A stretch of DNA of 64,000 bases from assembly GCA_964270895.1 (NCBI GenBank), contig OZ185446.1; one strand, 5' to 3'. The notes beneath the pieces are model-generated. The model saw only the letters and a program-made list of their open reading frames with translations. It was not told where the DNA came from and ran no database searches. Position numbers and translations under genes: made by a program. Source of the DNA: Podarcis filfolensis. Its lineage: Eukaryota. This document shows, piece after piece, positions 50,046-63,050 of the stretch (positions within the stretch are counted from its first letter, which is position 1; each line of letters starts with the position of its first letter).

Positions 50046-51353
50046 CGTGGCTCTCCATGATGGAGGACATGATTTACCACTGCCCATTGAGGGCAGGAGC
50101 ACTGTCGGACCATGGTCAAGGAGGAGGAGGATATTCAGAATGAGAGAAGGGAACCTTATTTAACTGGAGGGAAAAGGGCAGCTCAAGTCTCCCCCCCCCC
50201 AGAAACGCTGCCCCCCGCTGGCAAGATTATAAGTGAAACAACTCAATTTGCTGCTATTTCCCATCCTACTTACACATTACAGTAATTAGATTTAAAATAA
50301 AAATAAAAATGGGTGGTACTATGTATCAAATTCTTCTCCTTCATCCATTAATAGCAGCCTGTGTGGAGGAAAGGGGCAATAAGATAATGGAAACAGGCAC
50401 GCTGTATGCTAGTTTTTTTAACACAAACATACTGTTCTTCTAACATCTCTTAAAATTTATTATCTGAAACCATCACCCAAGAAATGCTGCTTCACATCTC
50501 TTTTTTAACAACAATCTAATGACATACATTTCAGGTAATAAAAATCAATATGACAAAAACAATAATAGGCAGGAGAAACCATGAAATGCTTCTACTGCTG
50601 GACTCCTGACAATAAACAATTCAGCTCTATAAAGAGATGCTGCAAGCAGGCCGGGGAAATGACCCAAAAGAACAACAGGGGCATCTGCTGGGTCAAGACA
50701 TTTGGGCTGTTCTTTTCTTGATAAAATAAGAAAGGGTTGTTGCTGTTGTTTTGGCAAGCCTATCAGAGGCTGTAAAGGCAGACATGTCAACAGAATGATG
50801 GAGACCAGCAGGACCACGGACATTCATCCGAGTGAGCAGAGGTGACCTGAACATGTTTGTTCATTTGGTCACTACATGCTGCCAACTTGGAGTGGTTAAG
50901 ACAGCAATCTGACAGCAAATCTTTGTTCCCTTTCTTATTGCTAGCATTGAAAAGCTATTTCCTTCTGAGAAAATCAATATACTTGTGTTTGGCCCAGATG
51001 CTATGTCCCTTTCTTAGGAATTACAGCCCATCTTGAACTCATGGACAGATCTATACAGTACATTGCAGAATGCATCCCTCTTTACAGAGAAGTCTGAGAA
51101 CCACTGTCCCAAGATCTGCTGTTCCCCTGATATTCTTTACAGAAAAGCCATGGCACATAAAACAAGTAGTGCAAGGTGATTCACACACAAAAGCAGGCAC
51201 ATCTTCAATAACTTGGCACAAAATGGAATGGCAGGCTTAAACAAACTAATGAAGGATTAGACAAACTTGGAAATGCAAGAGCTGTTAGTTGTGATAGCTA
51301 AACCTAAGAAAAAAAAGGCTCTCCACATTTGGAGGAAGTACAACTTTGAATCC

Positions 51354-52010
51354 TTGTTGTTGGCATCCGTTTGTCTTGAGAGACAATGGAGTGTGCCTCC
51401 AGGGGTGAAGTCAAACTGCTGCGTTAGCAGCACCAAAGTGACATCTCTGGAGCACAAGCCTGGGCCATGTGTATGGAGGTCCTGGGTTGCCCAGATATCA
51501 AGACTCCCTCCCGGCTGCACTGACGTGGTCCAAAGGAAAGCAGAGCAAGACATTTGGCACCAGCTTGGCTGCAGGAGTTGCCAGAAGGAGGTGTACAAGG
51601 TGCTATGCAACTGCCTTAGGATTTCCACTCCGGATTTGTGTAGGCTTTACTCCTGAGCCTTTTCTTCTCCTGAAGATATCCCGCAAGCAATGGTGGTTTA
51701 GGACCAGAGTATTCCTTCTCCTAGATGGGCTCCCTTCCTACGTTGATGAGCCCTCACTTCCCTCTATAGCACATGCAGAAACTGCCTTCTTGACCATTGG
51801 ATCCACTCTTGGTCTCATCCTTTCAATCCATCAGAGCCTGTCTTTGCATGCTGGTGAAATCCCTAACTCACAGGGTTTGAGACGCATCAGCTACCCTCAC
51901 CTGGTGCTAAACCAGCCAGCTGAACCTTTTCCCCAGGGTGTGGCAGCTGCCATATAGTGACAGCATCAAGAAGCCGCAGGTGAGAGCTGAGTGCAGGGTG
52001 GGGACCACAG
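51354..52010 (-). mobile_element. ORF-less RTE-derived short element (RTE-like 5' UTR joined to a (CAA)n tail), longest copy
   Basis: Reverse complement has RTE 5'-UTR-like motifs (accaggtgagggtagctgatg; cccatctaggagaaggaatactctgg) and ends ggatgccaacaacaa; no APE or RT motifs. Confidence 0.6.
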
Positions 52011-52032
52011 GTGGACAAGCGTCCCCAGAAGG

Positions 52033-52199
52033 AGCACTGAAAGCTGCCTTATACAGAGCCAAGCCATTGGCCCTTCTAGTTCAGTGTTCTCTACCCAGAC
52101 TGGTAGCAGCTTTCTAGGAATCTTCCCTCCTCCTACCTGGAGATGTAATGCATTGAACCCGGGACCATTTGCAGGGATTTGCGCTTTGCCACTGAGCTA
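52033..52199 (-). mobile_element. Degenerate tRNA-derived SINE (non-Sauria family)
   Basis: Reverse complement begins TAGCTCAGTGG (A box) ... GGTTCAAT (B box) and ends tataaggcagctttc. Confidence 0.6.
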
Positions 52200-54639
52200 G
52201 GGACCTTCCCTAATGCTAGATCATCATCAGCTACTTTATATATCCTGATCATAGAGTTGGGGGCTTTCATTCTCAGAACTGCTGCATTTTTGTGACCTAA
52301 GAACTGATTATTATTGGTCCCATTTCCCTTCTGTAACCTATTGCTATGCTGATCAGCAGAAGGCATCACAGTATTCATGACACGCTTCTCCCCCAGTTAA
52401 GTTGGTTTATATTTGTGGAATCAGTCATCATTCAAAGTATTTTATCACACAGAAAAATAGAGGCAGCCGTTTCTTTTGCTCTACCAAAGCCTAACATAGA
52501 CACACATTCAACATGCTTCATATTTTTATCCACTTCTATGAAAACACAGTAATTCTATTGCCCTTTCCGTGGCTAATCCTCTGAGACCATTGCCAAAGAT
52601 TAATTTAATTTGCAAAGAGATTCATAGGTAGGCAATGTATACACAGTAGATCTAGGCGTTTAAGTACATAATGAAATGCCTGCAGCTCTTGGACTTTCAC
52701 TAAAATTACAAAATGACCTGGAGGGAGACAAAGTAGCATGTTTGGAGTGAGAGAAAACTCCAAGCACAATGATAGTAATAGCAGATTCTTTAATTATCAG
52801 CAGCTGCAATGTGTTACTCCTCTCATATGGTGAGATTTCATGCTGCTTGGAAAAAACTCACAATTTTTCATTCATGGTTCCCTTAATTTTAGTTGTATTT
52901 CACAGCTGTTTTGTTTTAATAGCAGGGGGCTACCAAATATAAACAAGGACCTGAACTATCAATCTCTAACTAGTCTGAATTGAAAAGAGTTTCTTGCTCT
53001 GATCTAGAGATTTGTTCCAGCTATAGTTGCCACGGGCCACAATGGAAATCTACAGCCCACAAAGTCTTCCCCGTTCATTTCCATGGAGGGAGCAAACCCC
53101 CTGCATCATTTCCTTCATTTGGATTTCTCTTCTGGCTCCATTGAAATGAATGGGTCAGTCTCCCTATGCCAAAGTTCTGCAAACATTATCACACATACAC
53201 ACAATCTGTGAGGCTCAGAACTAGGGTCCCCAATTTCTTCACATCCTTCACATTACTAATTGGAAGCATTTTATAACTGCTGCAAAAGTGTTTATAACTG
53301 CTGCAAAAGGTGCACACAACACTTCCTTGAGTACCCCGTGAAGAAAAGCACCGGCCTTGATAATGCTGATTGTTTTTGAATGTCAAAAATTGAAGGGAGA
53401 AATCCAACTAAATGCTACTCACAGGAGGTCTACGGATTTCAAGGGGCCTACTCTGAGTATGACCAATGTGTTTCTCATGGCTCTGATTCGTGTGTGTGTG
53501 CACTCAGCCTATGGCAGGAGCTAAGGAAATACTGAGCTACCTTTGCTGGGATTGCTGGAGGTTTTTCTGTGTTTTGATCACCAGGATGAATTCTTTTAGC
53601 CTTGGTCTCTCCTGATAACTGACTTGCTGCAGCCTGCCTGTGATGTTTCTCAGTGTTGTGATGGGGTTATGGGGGTACTTCATAAACTCAGCAGTTCCAC
53701 CCAAATGCTGCATCCTTCTGATAGGATAGCATTGGTCCATGGGGCTTATTTGCCAGGTTTCCCTTGCTTTGCAGCCATTTCCACTGGAAAGCACTCCACT
53801 AGTCACTAATGCATAATCAATGTTACTTAAATAATTAACTTTAAATGCATACTTGCAATTCCTTCGGTTGTGGGCACTCAGTGCTAATGATTGAAATTCT
53901 TAAAGTGAGTCTGACATTGAATTTGAACTCAATAGTTATGTTTCCATCTGTTTCTCCTCCATAACTTACTCCTCTGTTACAAAGTGATACATTTTCCGTT
54001 ATCTCTGTACTAACAATTAGGATTAATGTAATTAAAATGGGAATTATCCTGTGAACTATAGCAATCAACCTCTTTTTATTGCCCTCTGTTGATTTGTTTC
54101 GTTCATTTGCTTCTATTTCCATTTTTAAAATTATTTGATCATTCTTCATTAATTTGCTTCCAATAAATTAAATTAAATGCAGCAAGGGAACACAAAGCAA
54201 ATTAGGTCTTAGATGTATCATGCCTTAAAGAACACAAGCTTGATTTTGTTTTTCCATTATGAAACATAAAGGGACACAGCAAAGACCTGTATTTACGCCT
54301 CCATCATTTCTAAGAGAATAGAAAACACTGGTTCAAAAACCAGTAATTTCAGTGCTAGACAGATGTTGAAATATACAAAATCCTATGGTTGGTCACACAA
54401 GTCTCAGTACATAAAGAACAGAGGAGTGGCCTGGTTTTGAGAGTCATGAAAGGGCAGTAAATTGTTATTAAATTTAGTACTGGCAGGGAGAGGCACTTGT
54501 GGGATTTTCTGCCCCAGTTGCCAAAATAGCTTCACCAGCTTTGGGTATTATACCCCATTGACTAGGTAAAATCTTTCAAATACCTAGGGATACCTACCAG
54601 TCAAATTTAAACTGAACAACACACAGACGCCGAATGATC

Positions 54640-56668
54640 ATCCAAGCAAAATGCACCACATCTGCGATTCTTCATTTTTTCTTCCTCAGATGCAAGCAGA
54701 TGGTTCCGCTACAATAAATATTTTTAATGCCAAGGTCCTTTCTCAGTTATTGTACAGCATTCCAATTTGGATACAAGCATTTAATAGAGAAGTTGAACAA
54801 ATTCAAGCAACTTTTCTTTGTAAGATCCTTGGTGCCCCTAATTGTATAAGTTACTTAGCCTTATGTGTTGAAACCGGTGAACATCTGATGGAAACCAAAG
54901 CATGGCTGACTACAACCAAGGCCTGGCTGAAAGTCCACTTTAGAACAACAGCTAACTCCTTCTTAACCTCTGTGCTTGAAGACCGCATTTCATCTAGATG
55001 GTATAGAGCGATTCAAGATAAAATTCGTAGTTTGGGCATTGCTCTCGAGAGCCTTGAAGCATGTGACGCAAGTTACATATTCCAAATAATCGAGCAGCAA
55101 CTCTACGACTACCAAAGACAGCGCTTGTTACTTCATACTCCGAGATCCTGTCCTCCGGAGGCCTTAGGTATTACAACATCCTATGGAACCTGTGCCAAAT
55201 ATCTACTACTCCCCTCCCATTGAAGAGCCTTTATGTTCACGAGATTAAATGCTTTCCCTTCTGCAGTGACCAAAGGCAGATTCTCACATACTCCATATCA
55301 AGCCTGTTTGTGTGCCTGCAACGAAGGAGTACCTGATTCAATACACCACATTCTCTTAGTTTGCTCTCTACACAGTAGACCTCACCAACTGATGCTGAGG
55401 AAAATGTTGGACTTCCAGACTATAACTCCGAGAAGAAGAAAATCGGCTTTCAGGTGGAGAGATAAAAATTAGAAACTGAATTGTTGGAACCCAATACCAA
55501 GAATTTGTCAAGAATGTATAACTTGCTGTTGAAATGGAATACACAGGATGAGATGGTTAAATCAGCTATGATTAAATGGGCACAAGACATTGGTCATGAC
55601 ATTGTGTTTGCTGACTGGGAACAGTTATGGACTACCGGTATAAAATTTACGGCATGTAATGCCTTAAGAGAGAACATTATGAAAATGATTTATAGTGGTA
55701 CATGACCCCAGTCAAGCTTGCAAAAATCTATCATACGCCCAATAATAAATGCTGGAAATGTAAGGAAACTGAAGGTACTTTCTACCACCTTTGGTGGACG
55801 TGCCCAAGGATCAAAGCCTTCTGGGAAATGATCTATAATGAAATCAAGAAGGTACTTAAGTGTACCTTTCATAAGAAACCAGAGGCCTTTCTCCTGGGCA
55901 TGGTAGGCCAATTGGTGTCAAGGAAAGATAGGACGTTCTTTATGTATGCTACAACAGCAGCAAGAGTTCTTTTAGCAAAGTATTGGAAGACACAAGAACT
56001 ACCCAAGCTGGAAGAGTGGCAGACGAAGGTGATAGACTATATGGGACTGGCTGAGATGACTGGCAGAATCCGAGACCAAGGAAAAGAGACGGTGGAAGAA
56101 GATTGGAAGAAATTCAAAACTTATCTTAAGAACTGTTGTAAAATTAATGAGTGCTAAAATGTTATGGGTAATGTAAAACAGAATTGCAGTGACAAATAAT
56201 TGGGTAAGAGAAAAAGGATTAAAGAAAGTGAATTATAAATAATTGAAATTAGGGGTTGCTGGAAAAGTTTAAAACAGGGATGCAGAAAAGGGAGGTATGG
56301 GGAAGTCGTTGAAATAAGGTTTAAGAAAAAGAGGTTAAGAAATTATACGTGTTTGTATGTTTGCTTGTTTGTGTATTGTCAGTTGTGTTGTGTTTTGATA
56401 TATGCTGGAAAATTAATAAAAAAATTATTTTTTTAAAAAAAATATAACTCCGAGAAGAAGTCAAATGAGGTTTCTCCTGGCAGATCAGGACAAAGATATC
56501 ACTGTTTTAGTAGCCTCCTTTTTAGCCACAATCTTAACCAAAAGGTTTCCCAGTGATCCATCCTTCTGGGGAACAGACAGGGCGACAGCTTCACCCTTGT
56601 TCTTTTAATTATTCCAGTGACTTGAAATGTTTTATACTGTGATGCCAATAAAGGTATTTGATTTGTTG
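54640..56668 (+). mobile_element. RTE-X-like LINE 3' fragment (subfamily C), split by an L1
   Basis: FNAKVLSQLLY...ETG, RLNAFPS...GRF, CLCAC...HILLVC; the frame resumes after the L1 as SQMRFLLADQ; ends gccaataaaggtatttgatttg. Confidence 0.7.
55439..56442 (+). mobile_element. L1-clade LINE, 5'-truncated (about 1.0 kb)
   Basis: ORF2 C-terminus CWKC...TFYHLWWTC, 3' UTR, aataaa and A-tail; 18-bp TSD tataactccgagaagaag (55421-55438 and 56443-56460). Confidence 0.9.
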
Positions 56669-56789
56669 TTGTTTTTACCTTGACTTCAGGGCATTCATTT
56701 CTATCCTTCCTCAGGTAAATAATGTATTGGACCCGTCCTCCTCAAACAATGCAGGTGTAGATCTGACCAACATCTGAATGCATAAGTAC

Positions 56790-57295
56790 ATCCTGCCCTG
56801 TTCTGCCCTGTTCCGGGCACCACGATTTAAGAAGGACATTGACAAGCTGGAACGTGTGCAGAGGAGGCTGACCAAGATGATCAAGGGTCTGGAAGCCAAA
56901 CCTTATGAGTTATGGTTGAAGGAGCTGGGTATGTTTAGCCTGGAAAAGAGGAGACTTAGAAAGGAGATATGACAGCCATCTTCCAATATCTCAAGGGCTG
57001 TCCCATAGAAAGAAGATGGAGCAAGCTTGTTTTCTCTTGCTCCGAAGCGTAGGGTCCATAGCAACGGATTCAAGTTACAAAAAGGGAGATTCCAGCTAAA
57101 CATCAGGAAGAACTTTCTGATAACAAGAGCTGTTTGACAGTGGAACAGAATGTGGTGGCTTCTCCTTCCTTGGAGGTTCTTAAGCATAGGATGGATGGCC
57201 ATCTGTTCTGGATTCTTTAGTTGAGATTCCTGCATTGCAGGCAGTTGGACTAGATGACCCTTGAGATCTCTTCCAACTCTACAATTCTATAATTC
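56790..57295 (+). mobile_element. CR1 LINE 3' fragment
   Basis: [14 protein letters not shown]...[15 protein letters not shown] and attctata-type tail. Confidence 0.9.
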
Positions 57296-57988
57296 TAATT
57301 CTACTATTTGCTGAATTGCCTGATACGTGCTAGGCTCTGTACTAAAATATTGTGAATACTGCAACCACATGAATGGGGCCATCTAAGGATTGCCCTACAT
57401 GGAGGGAAAGTGACAACTGAATGGGGTGAACTTAACCATGCCCATGTGGCTGTGGTATTTTACACGCATATCATGGAAGAGCACCGTGGGGGAGGGAGCT
57501 TGTGTGAAGTGCTGGGAGAGAGATGGCTTTAAAAAGAGCAGGTGACAAGACTCTTTTGTAAAGTAAGTACTAAACAGAGCAAGCTCTATGAAATTGATTA
57601 CACTTTTGAGTAATAGACTCCTAGAAGCACCAAGGGTACTAATTGAGTAATTATTTGAGCAACGCAGCAGTTGTGTGATTGGTTGACCATGTAACATGTT
57701 GTACTATATAGAAAAGGGAAAATGAGTTGCAGGCAGAGACATTACATCTTTTCTTCCTGTGAAGAAAGTAGAAAGAACCCCTGTAATTTATCTACTAAAA
57801 CAAAGAACTGGATTTCATGCTAATCACTATTTGGTCATTGTATTTGGTGCCTGCATTATCTTGTTCACTTCTGGAAATGAAAGGGAACAAACTGTAGGGC
57901 AAGGTTGAAACCAGGGCTGCCAGCAGGATTTTTGAGGCCTGTATCAGGGGCCTCTGACCCACTTGCAAATGACAACGCAGATTTACAT

Positions 57989-58267
57989 CAACTCCTTTAG
58001 CCAAGCTGGTGCCAAACACCTTGCTCTGCTTTCCTTTGGACCACACCAGTGAGGTTGAAGGGGGAGACCTGTTGTCTGGGCAGCCCAGGACCTCCAGACA
58101 CACCGCCCAGGCTTGCGCCATGGAGGTCACTCGGCTGCTGCTAACATAGCAAAACCATGCAGGAGGCAGCAGTTAGGAGTTCCCAGTGTCTGCAGCCACA
58201 AAGGGCAAAGTGATTCTCCAGCAGTTTGAGTTCATCCCCATTGTCTCTTGAGACAGATGGATGCCAA
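57989..58267 (+). mobile_element. 5'-truncated copy of the RTE-derived short element
   Basis: gccaagctggtgccaaaca...ctttggaccacacc...gagacagatggatgccaa, collinear with the 29281 and 51354 copies. Confidence 0.65.
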
Positions 58268-59020
58268 TGACAACAGAGAAATGTAACCAGCCAAGGACCC
58301 AGCACTACTATTGCTGACAGATCTGGCAGTGGCATAAAAAAGGGGGTACTAGAAGTATTACAAGCTTCTTTATTAGCCCTCTGAATACCTCCCCGACTCC
58401 CGTTTTGGATGCCTGAATAATTGAGCCCTGCTTGAAATACTGGCACTTGTAATATCTAAGGTTTCGGTAAGGTTGCCTGACCACAGTATTTGCAAAATGG
58501 ACATACATTATAACTGTGCTGGTAATAACCCTGTGACAAATAGAAGTCATGTGATAAATTGTATCTATTATGTGCTTTTTACCCACTTCACCTGCTCTGT
58601 CTCTCATCAAGCGGATGCTAAAAGGGCTACTTCTCACATTCCAGCTATGTGAATAGCTTCATTGCAGAGACTTTTTATTGTGTTTTTTTCCATTTCCTTC
58701 GGCTCCCCAAAATCACACATCTAAGGATGTGATTGCTCTAGAGTCTTCATGCGCCCACTGCTCATTTTTGTTTGCTTTCTGCCTTGTCTGGATGCACTGA
58801 ATTCATCTCCAAATGGCCTTGCTCACTTCTTCCTGAAGTGGAGCTGATTGTACTGAGCATACATTTTGCTGAAACTTACAGTTCCTTTATATATGGACCC
58901 ACCCTTCTGGGCCACACACTATATAACCAAGGCTGGATCTAAACACATCAAAGAAGCATTTCAGTTTAAAGCACTGTAAATTTAATCAGAGAAAACTGGT
59001 AGAGAAAAATGGGGCTCCAG

Positions 59021-59037
59021 GTCGCCATCTGGTGGCA
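59021..59037 (-). promoter_or_regulatory. Strong CTCF-like motif
   Basis: Reverse complement TGCCACCAGATGGCGAC matches the CTCF core; lies in non-repeat sequence. Confidence 0.5.
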
Positions 59038-59639
59038 CATACAACTCATATAAAACACTTTTTTCTTTACCAGTCTAGCTGAGTCCTAAGTTACACATGT
59101 GTACTGGAAAATTCATAGGGATGTCACAAAGATTTGAGCCAGTCTGGGGAAAGCAGGGAGGTCTCCTCCGCCTTCCGTGAGGAAGAGGAGAACCCTGGTC
59201 CTGTCTAATGCGGCTATCAGCACCTGCCCAAGACCCCTTTGCACACCTTGCGGCAGGGCAAGGAGACAGTAGTGCTATGGTGGCCCCCAAACTGCTGGTT
59301 TCTATATCAAGGATAATCCCTGGCATGAAACTGATGCTATTTGTGGCATTTCTCCTGGGAAACAAAAGCTCAATCTATTTTCAGATGAGCAATGGGATTC
59401 TTGTACCCTTAAATTTTAAAAAAGCAGTTGATATGAGTGCATGTATGTCTGCAACAAATGTCTTCTTGCATGGAGTTTTACCAGTGTGTATGTGTACTCA
59501 GGTACTTTGATAAACCACTGGGGGGGGGTTGAGGAAGATAGTTGATATCATTGTACATAATATTTTATCAATACTTTTTTTGTACTGTTTTATCGGTGGA
59601 CAGAAATGCCAGTGCGTATTTGTGAAACAGTGCAAAATT

Positions 59640-59705
59640 GTTGTTGTTATTATTTTATTTATACCCCACTCCTTTGGCTAGGTTTCCCCAGCCACTCTGG
59701 CTGGC
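59640..59705 (-). mobile_element. L2-type 3' tail fragment
   Basis: ttatttataccccac...tttccccagccactctgg. Confidence 0.6.
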
Positions 59706-60699
59706 TAAAGAAGAAACATGGTGGGATCAAACATGCAGCACCCCCCAGACTGTGTTTAGTACAGTTTCCTTGCAAACCCTGCCCCCCCATGTTAATAAGC
59801 AACATAAAGAGGGGAGATGCAACTGAACTGAAGGAAGCCTGTTTGTCTCTGGAGGCTGTTGCAGTGCTGGCGCATGATTGTATTAGGAAATGGAAACTAT
59901 TAAAGATGGCATTTCCTTACCAGAGTGGATGTCTCTATTCATTAAACTCTAAATTTAATAAACTTTCTTCCCATATCCCAAGAAGGCATTTAAGTGGAGG
60001 TTTAGGAGATATGGAAATTTATTTAAATTTAATTAGATTTTTCGTCAGTGTAAAACAGGGATTGGTTCTACATTTTGAGGAAAGGTGGTGCTGGGGAGAT
60101 TTTCAGCAAAGTTTGAAAGCCTGATCATTGATACTTGGCACAAGAAGCCACATGTCCTAAATGCATTTGTCATGGTTACTTTAATCACAATGCAATCCTA
60201 TGCATGTTTAACTCTTCTGCTGTGTTCAGTAGAGCTCATGGAATGATCTCAAGCAGGCAACCAAGTCCTGATAAGAAGTAATGACTCTTCAGCAGATTTA
60301 TGTACGTTTACTTACAAAAAAACACATCCAGAGCATGGCTTATTGCCTGCTTGCATTGACGATAGTTGGTCAGTCTGAAGCTTCGCCCTTCCCACAGCAA
60401 GAAGGATGCTGAATTCCCACCCTTCCCCTCTTGCCCTTCCGTTGTCCTCTGACCTTATCCAGTCTCCTAGAATGGGGACTGAGAGGCTGGCCTTCGCCCT
60501 CCCCACTTTCACTTGACAGTCTCATTCCTCTGCTTATCTGCTGATTGCCTAGCAACGCTCTGGCTGCCTCCTAACTCTCCCACTTCTTGAGGGCTAACAG
60601 TGTCTTCTTCAGGAAGAGGGGGTCAAACTGCCCCTTCTTGGCTCTGAGATGGTCTCCTGCTGTTTCCCTGAGATTGATTCCCACAAGACTTTCATGAGA

Positions 60700-60838
60700 G
60701 GTGGTGGTCTCTCCTTCCTTGGAGGTTTCCAAGCAGAGGTTGGATGGCCATCTGTCATGGATGCTTCATTTGAGATTCCTGCATTGTGGGGGTTGGACTA
60801 GATGACCCTTGGGTGCATTCCAACTCTATGATTCTATG
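60700..60838 (+). mobile_element. CR1 3' end fragment
   Basis: ttggaggttt...gcagaggttggatggccatctg...ccaactctatgattctatga. Confidence 0.8.
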
Positions 60839-61385
60839 AGGCACAAATAACATTGTGTAGTTTATCTTGGGAGCACAGTATGCCTGGAGGCAGAAGCAGC
60901 GCCACCTGCCCGTCATGGCGGTGCCACTGCTGGGCCTTGGTCTTTCCTGAATAAGCAGCCCTGTCATGGCTCAGGAGAATCTTTCACCCTTTCCAATGAG
61001 CCCTTCTCTTCTGTGCACATAGCACAGAAATGCTGCCATCTGATCATGGGCAAGGGGAGAAAGGTCTTGCTTCAGGAGGGACAAAGTATGTACGGTTGCA
61101 GCCAGATTCCCCCCCCCCCACTTTACTTGCTCCACCTAAGTGAGGGCTCATCCACATTTCCTTTTGTGCTGCTGTTTCTAGCCACAGGTATGGAATTTCC
61201 ACATTTTACATAAAATTGGAGCAAATGGCAATCTGGGGAAAATCCTATGCCTAGAAACGGGGCATAAGAGGAAGTGCAGATGAGCCAGAAGCCATAACTG
61301 CAACTCTCTGGGAATTCCACTTCAGCTCATGACACCTTTCTACAGTTATATGCAAAAAAAGAAAAAAAGAAAAAAATGTGTCCAT

Positions 61386-61696
61386 AGGGAATCAACAGCA
61401 GCACAGTCTGCCCACTCTTCTCTACAGACAGGCAGGATTGCTTTGCAGGGGTCAGCAAACTTTTTCAGCAGGGGACCGGTCCACTTTCCCCCAGACCTTA
61501 TGGGGGGCCGGACTATATTTTTTTTGGGGGGGATGAACGAATTCCTATGTCCCACAAATAACCCAGAGATGCATTTTAAATAAAAGGACACATTCTACTC
61601 ATGTAAAAACACGCTGATTCCCGGACCGTCCGTGGGCTGGATTAAGAAGGCGATTGGGCAGGATCTGGCCCCCAGGCCTTAGGTTGCCTACTCATG
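61386..61696 (+). mobile_element. hAT MITE (caggggtcagcaaac family)
   Basis: Highly similar to the 38704 and 17907 copies. Confidence 0.85.
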
Positions 61697-62499
61697 GCTG
61701 TGCTCCTTACATTGGTTTGAGAGCTGGCTATAGGGTGATTGCTAATTCTTGACTTTTCACCAGGTAATTCCAAAGCTGTAATGGATTTGTTACACTGGAG
61801 TTGTGTTATCAGATAAGGCATTGTTTGCTTGCTTCCTTGCTGCTACCTGGAAAGAGGCCTTAAGCGGCAAGCTTTGAAAATGGTGGCTTGGGAAAAATTT
61901 TTTCCAAAGGAAATGAGAAATGGTGTGACCATTTAATATATGGCCTGTGAGACAGTACTGCATAGCAGCTAATAAGATAAGATTCTTTGGAGTTTTTAGC
62001 CTTTAATAGTGTATCAAGGTTCCCCACCCCTAAAGAAGGCTGAGAATAAATTATGTGTTGGCAGGTTGAATTCAGTAACCAAGATCTGATAATGCAGTCC
62101 TGAATTACTTATGGGATTCATCTTAAATCAGCTTTTGATACAAATGTGTTTGTTTCAGTCCCCAAGCTTTTTTGGCTCATTGACAACTAGATAATTACAC
62201 TTTTCCTCCCTTCATTAGTTACTTTGGCTTCCTTTTACGAACAATTGCAATTTGGAAATGAGGCTGGCCTATATTTATGTTTCGAGACCAAATCCATCTT
62301 TTTCTTGGTTTAGCAGTCCAAATTGTTGTGCTAGGATATGGCTGTACATTGTAACACCTGAAACCCTCTGTGGAATTTGATGTCACCCAGATTTAGTGAC
62401 AGCATACTTGATTGGGCTCCTGGAAGCAAGTGAGGTGAGTCTCTGGTGAGAAGCATCCACTGCCCCTTCAGCATCATGAAGTGGGAGAGCAAAGACTAT

Positions 62500-62815
62500 C
62501 CCCTCCCCACCAGGAGCTGGCAGTGGAGGGAGGAACATCTCAAGCACCACACAAGGCAGAGGCGCAGCCTGGTGCCCAGTATTGAGGGGCCCCAGCATCA
62601 CCCACATATGCAGCATGCATGAGGCCAAGTGTGGAGCCCAGCATGGCGCAGCTTCAGTGGCCGGTGGCGCCTCTTCCCTCATGCTCAGGAGGAGGCAGCC
62701 ACTGATGCGGCTCTGTGTTCAGCCTCCGCCCCCTTGACATGGGGGTGGGGCTCAGACCCCTGCCAACAAATATTGAGGGGGCTGAAGACACTTCCACCCC
62801 AGGAGTTGGTGCCTA
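62500..62815 (+). mobile_element. Degenerate hAT-like non-autonomous element
   Basis: Shares motifs with 15243-15570; ends caggagttggtgcctatg. Confidence 0.45.
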
Positions 62816-63013
62816 TGATACAAGCACATTCTTCCTAACCAGCTACCAGTCTCCTGCTTGGGTGCAGACTGAAGATATCTGAGGGACAACTAACCAGCAC
62901 CTCGTCCAGTAGCTACCAGTATGGGAGAGCTTTTCCTTCCCCCTGGGTTGCTCAACAGCAGCGCCTGCTAGCAGGGGTACCAACCTGAATAAAAGATGTG
63001 GCATGGACACACC

Positions 63014-63014
<1 letters not shown>

Positions 63015-63050
<36 letters not shown>

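Noticed and set aside
53841-54149. 102-aa minus ORF with a hydrophobic stretch resembling a type II membrane protein
   Set aside because: AT-rich DNA yields Ile/Leu-rich ORFs by chance; no ATG/acceptor support or family motif.
59880-60124. Possible degraded LINE RT segment (xVKQG) in a 172-aa ORF
   Set aside because: Single weak motif; the ORF start lies in an L2 tail remnant.
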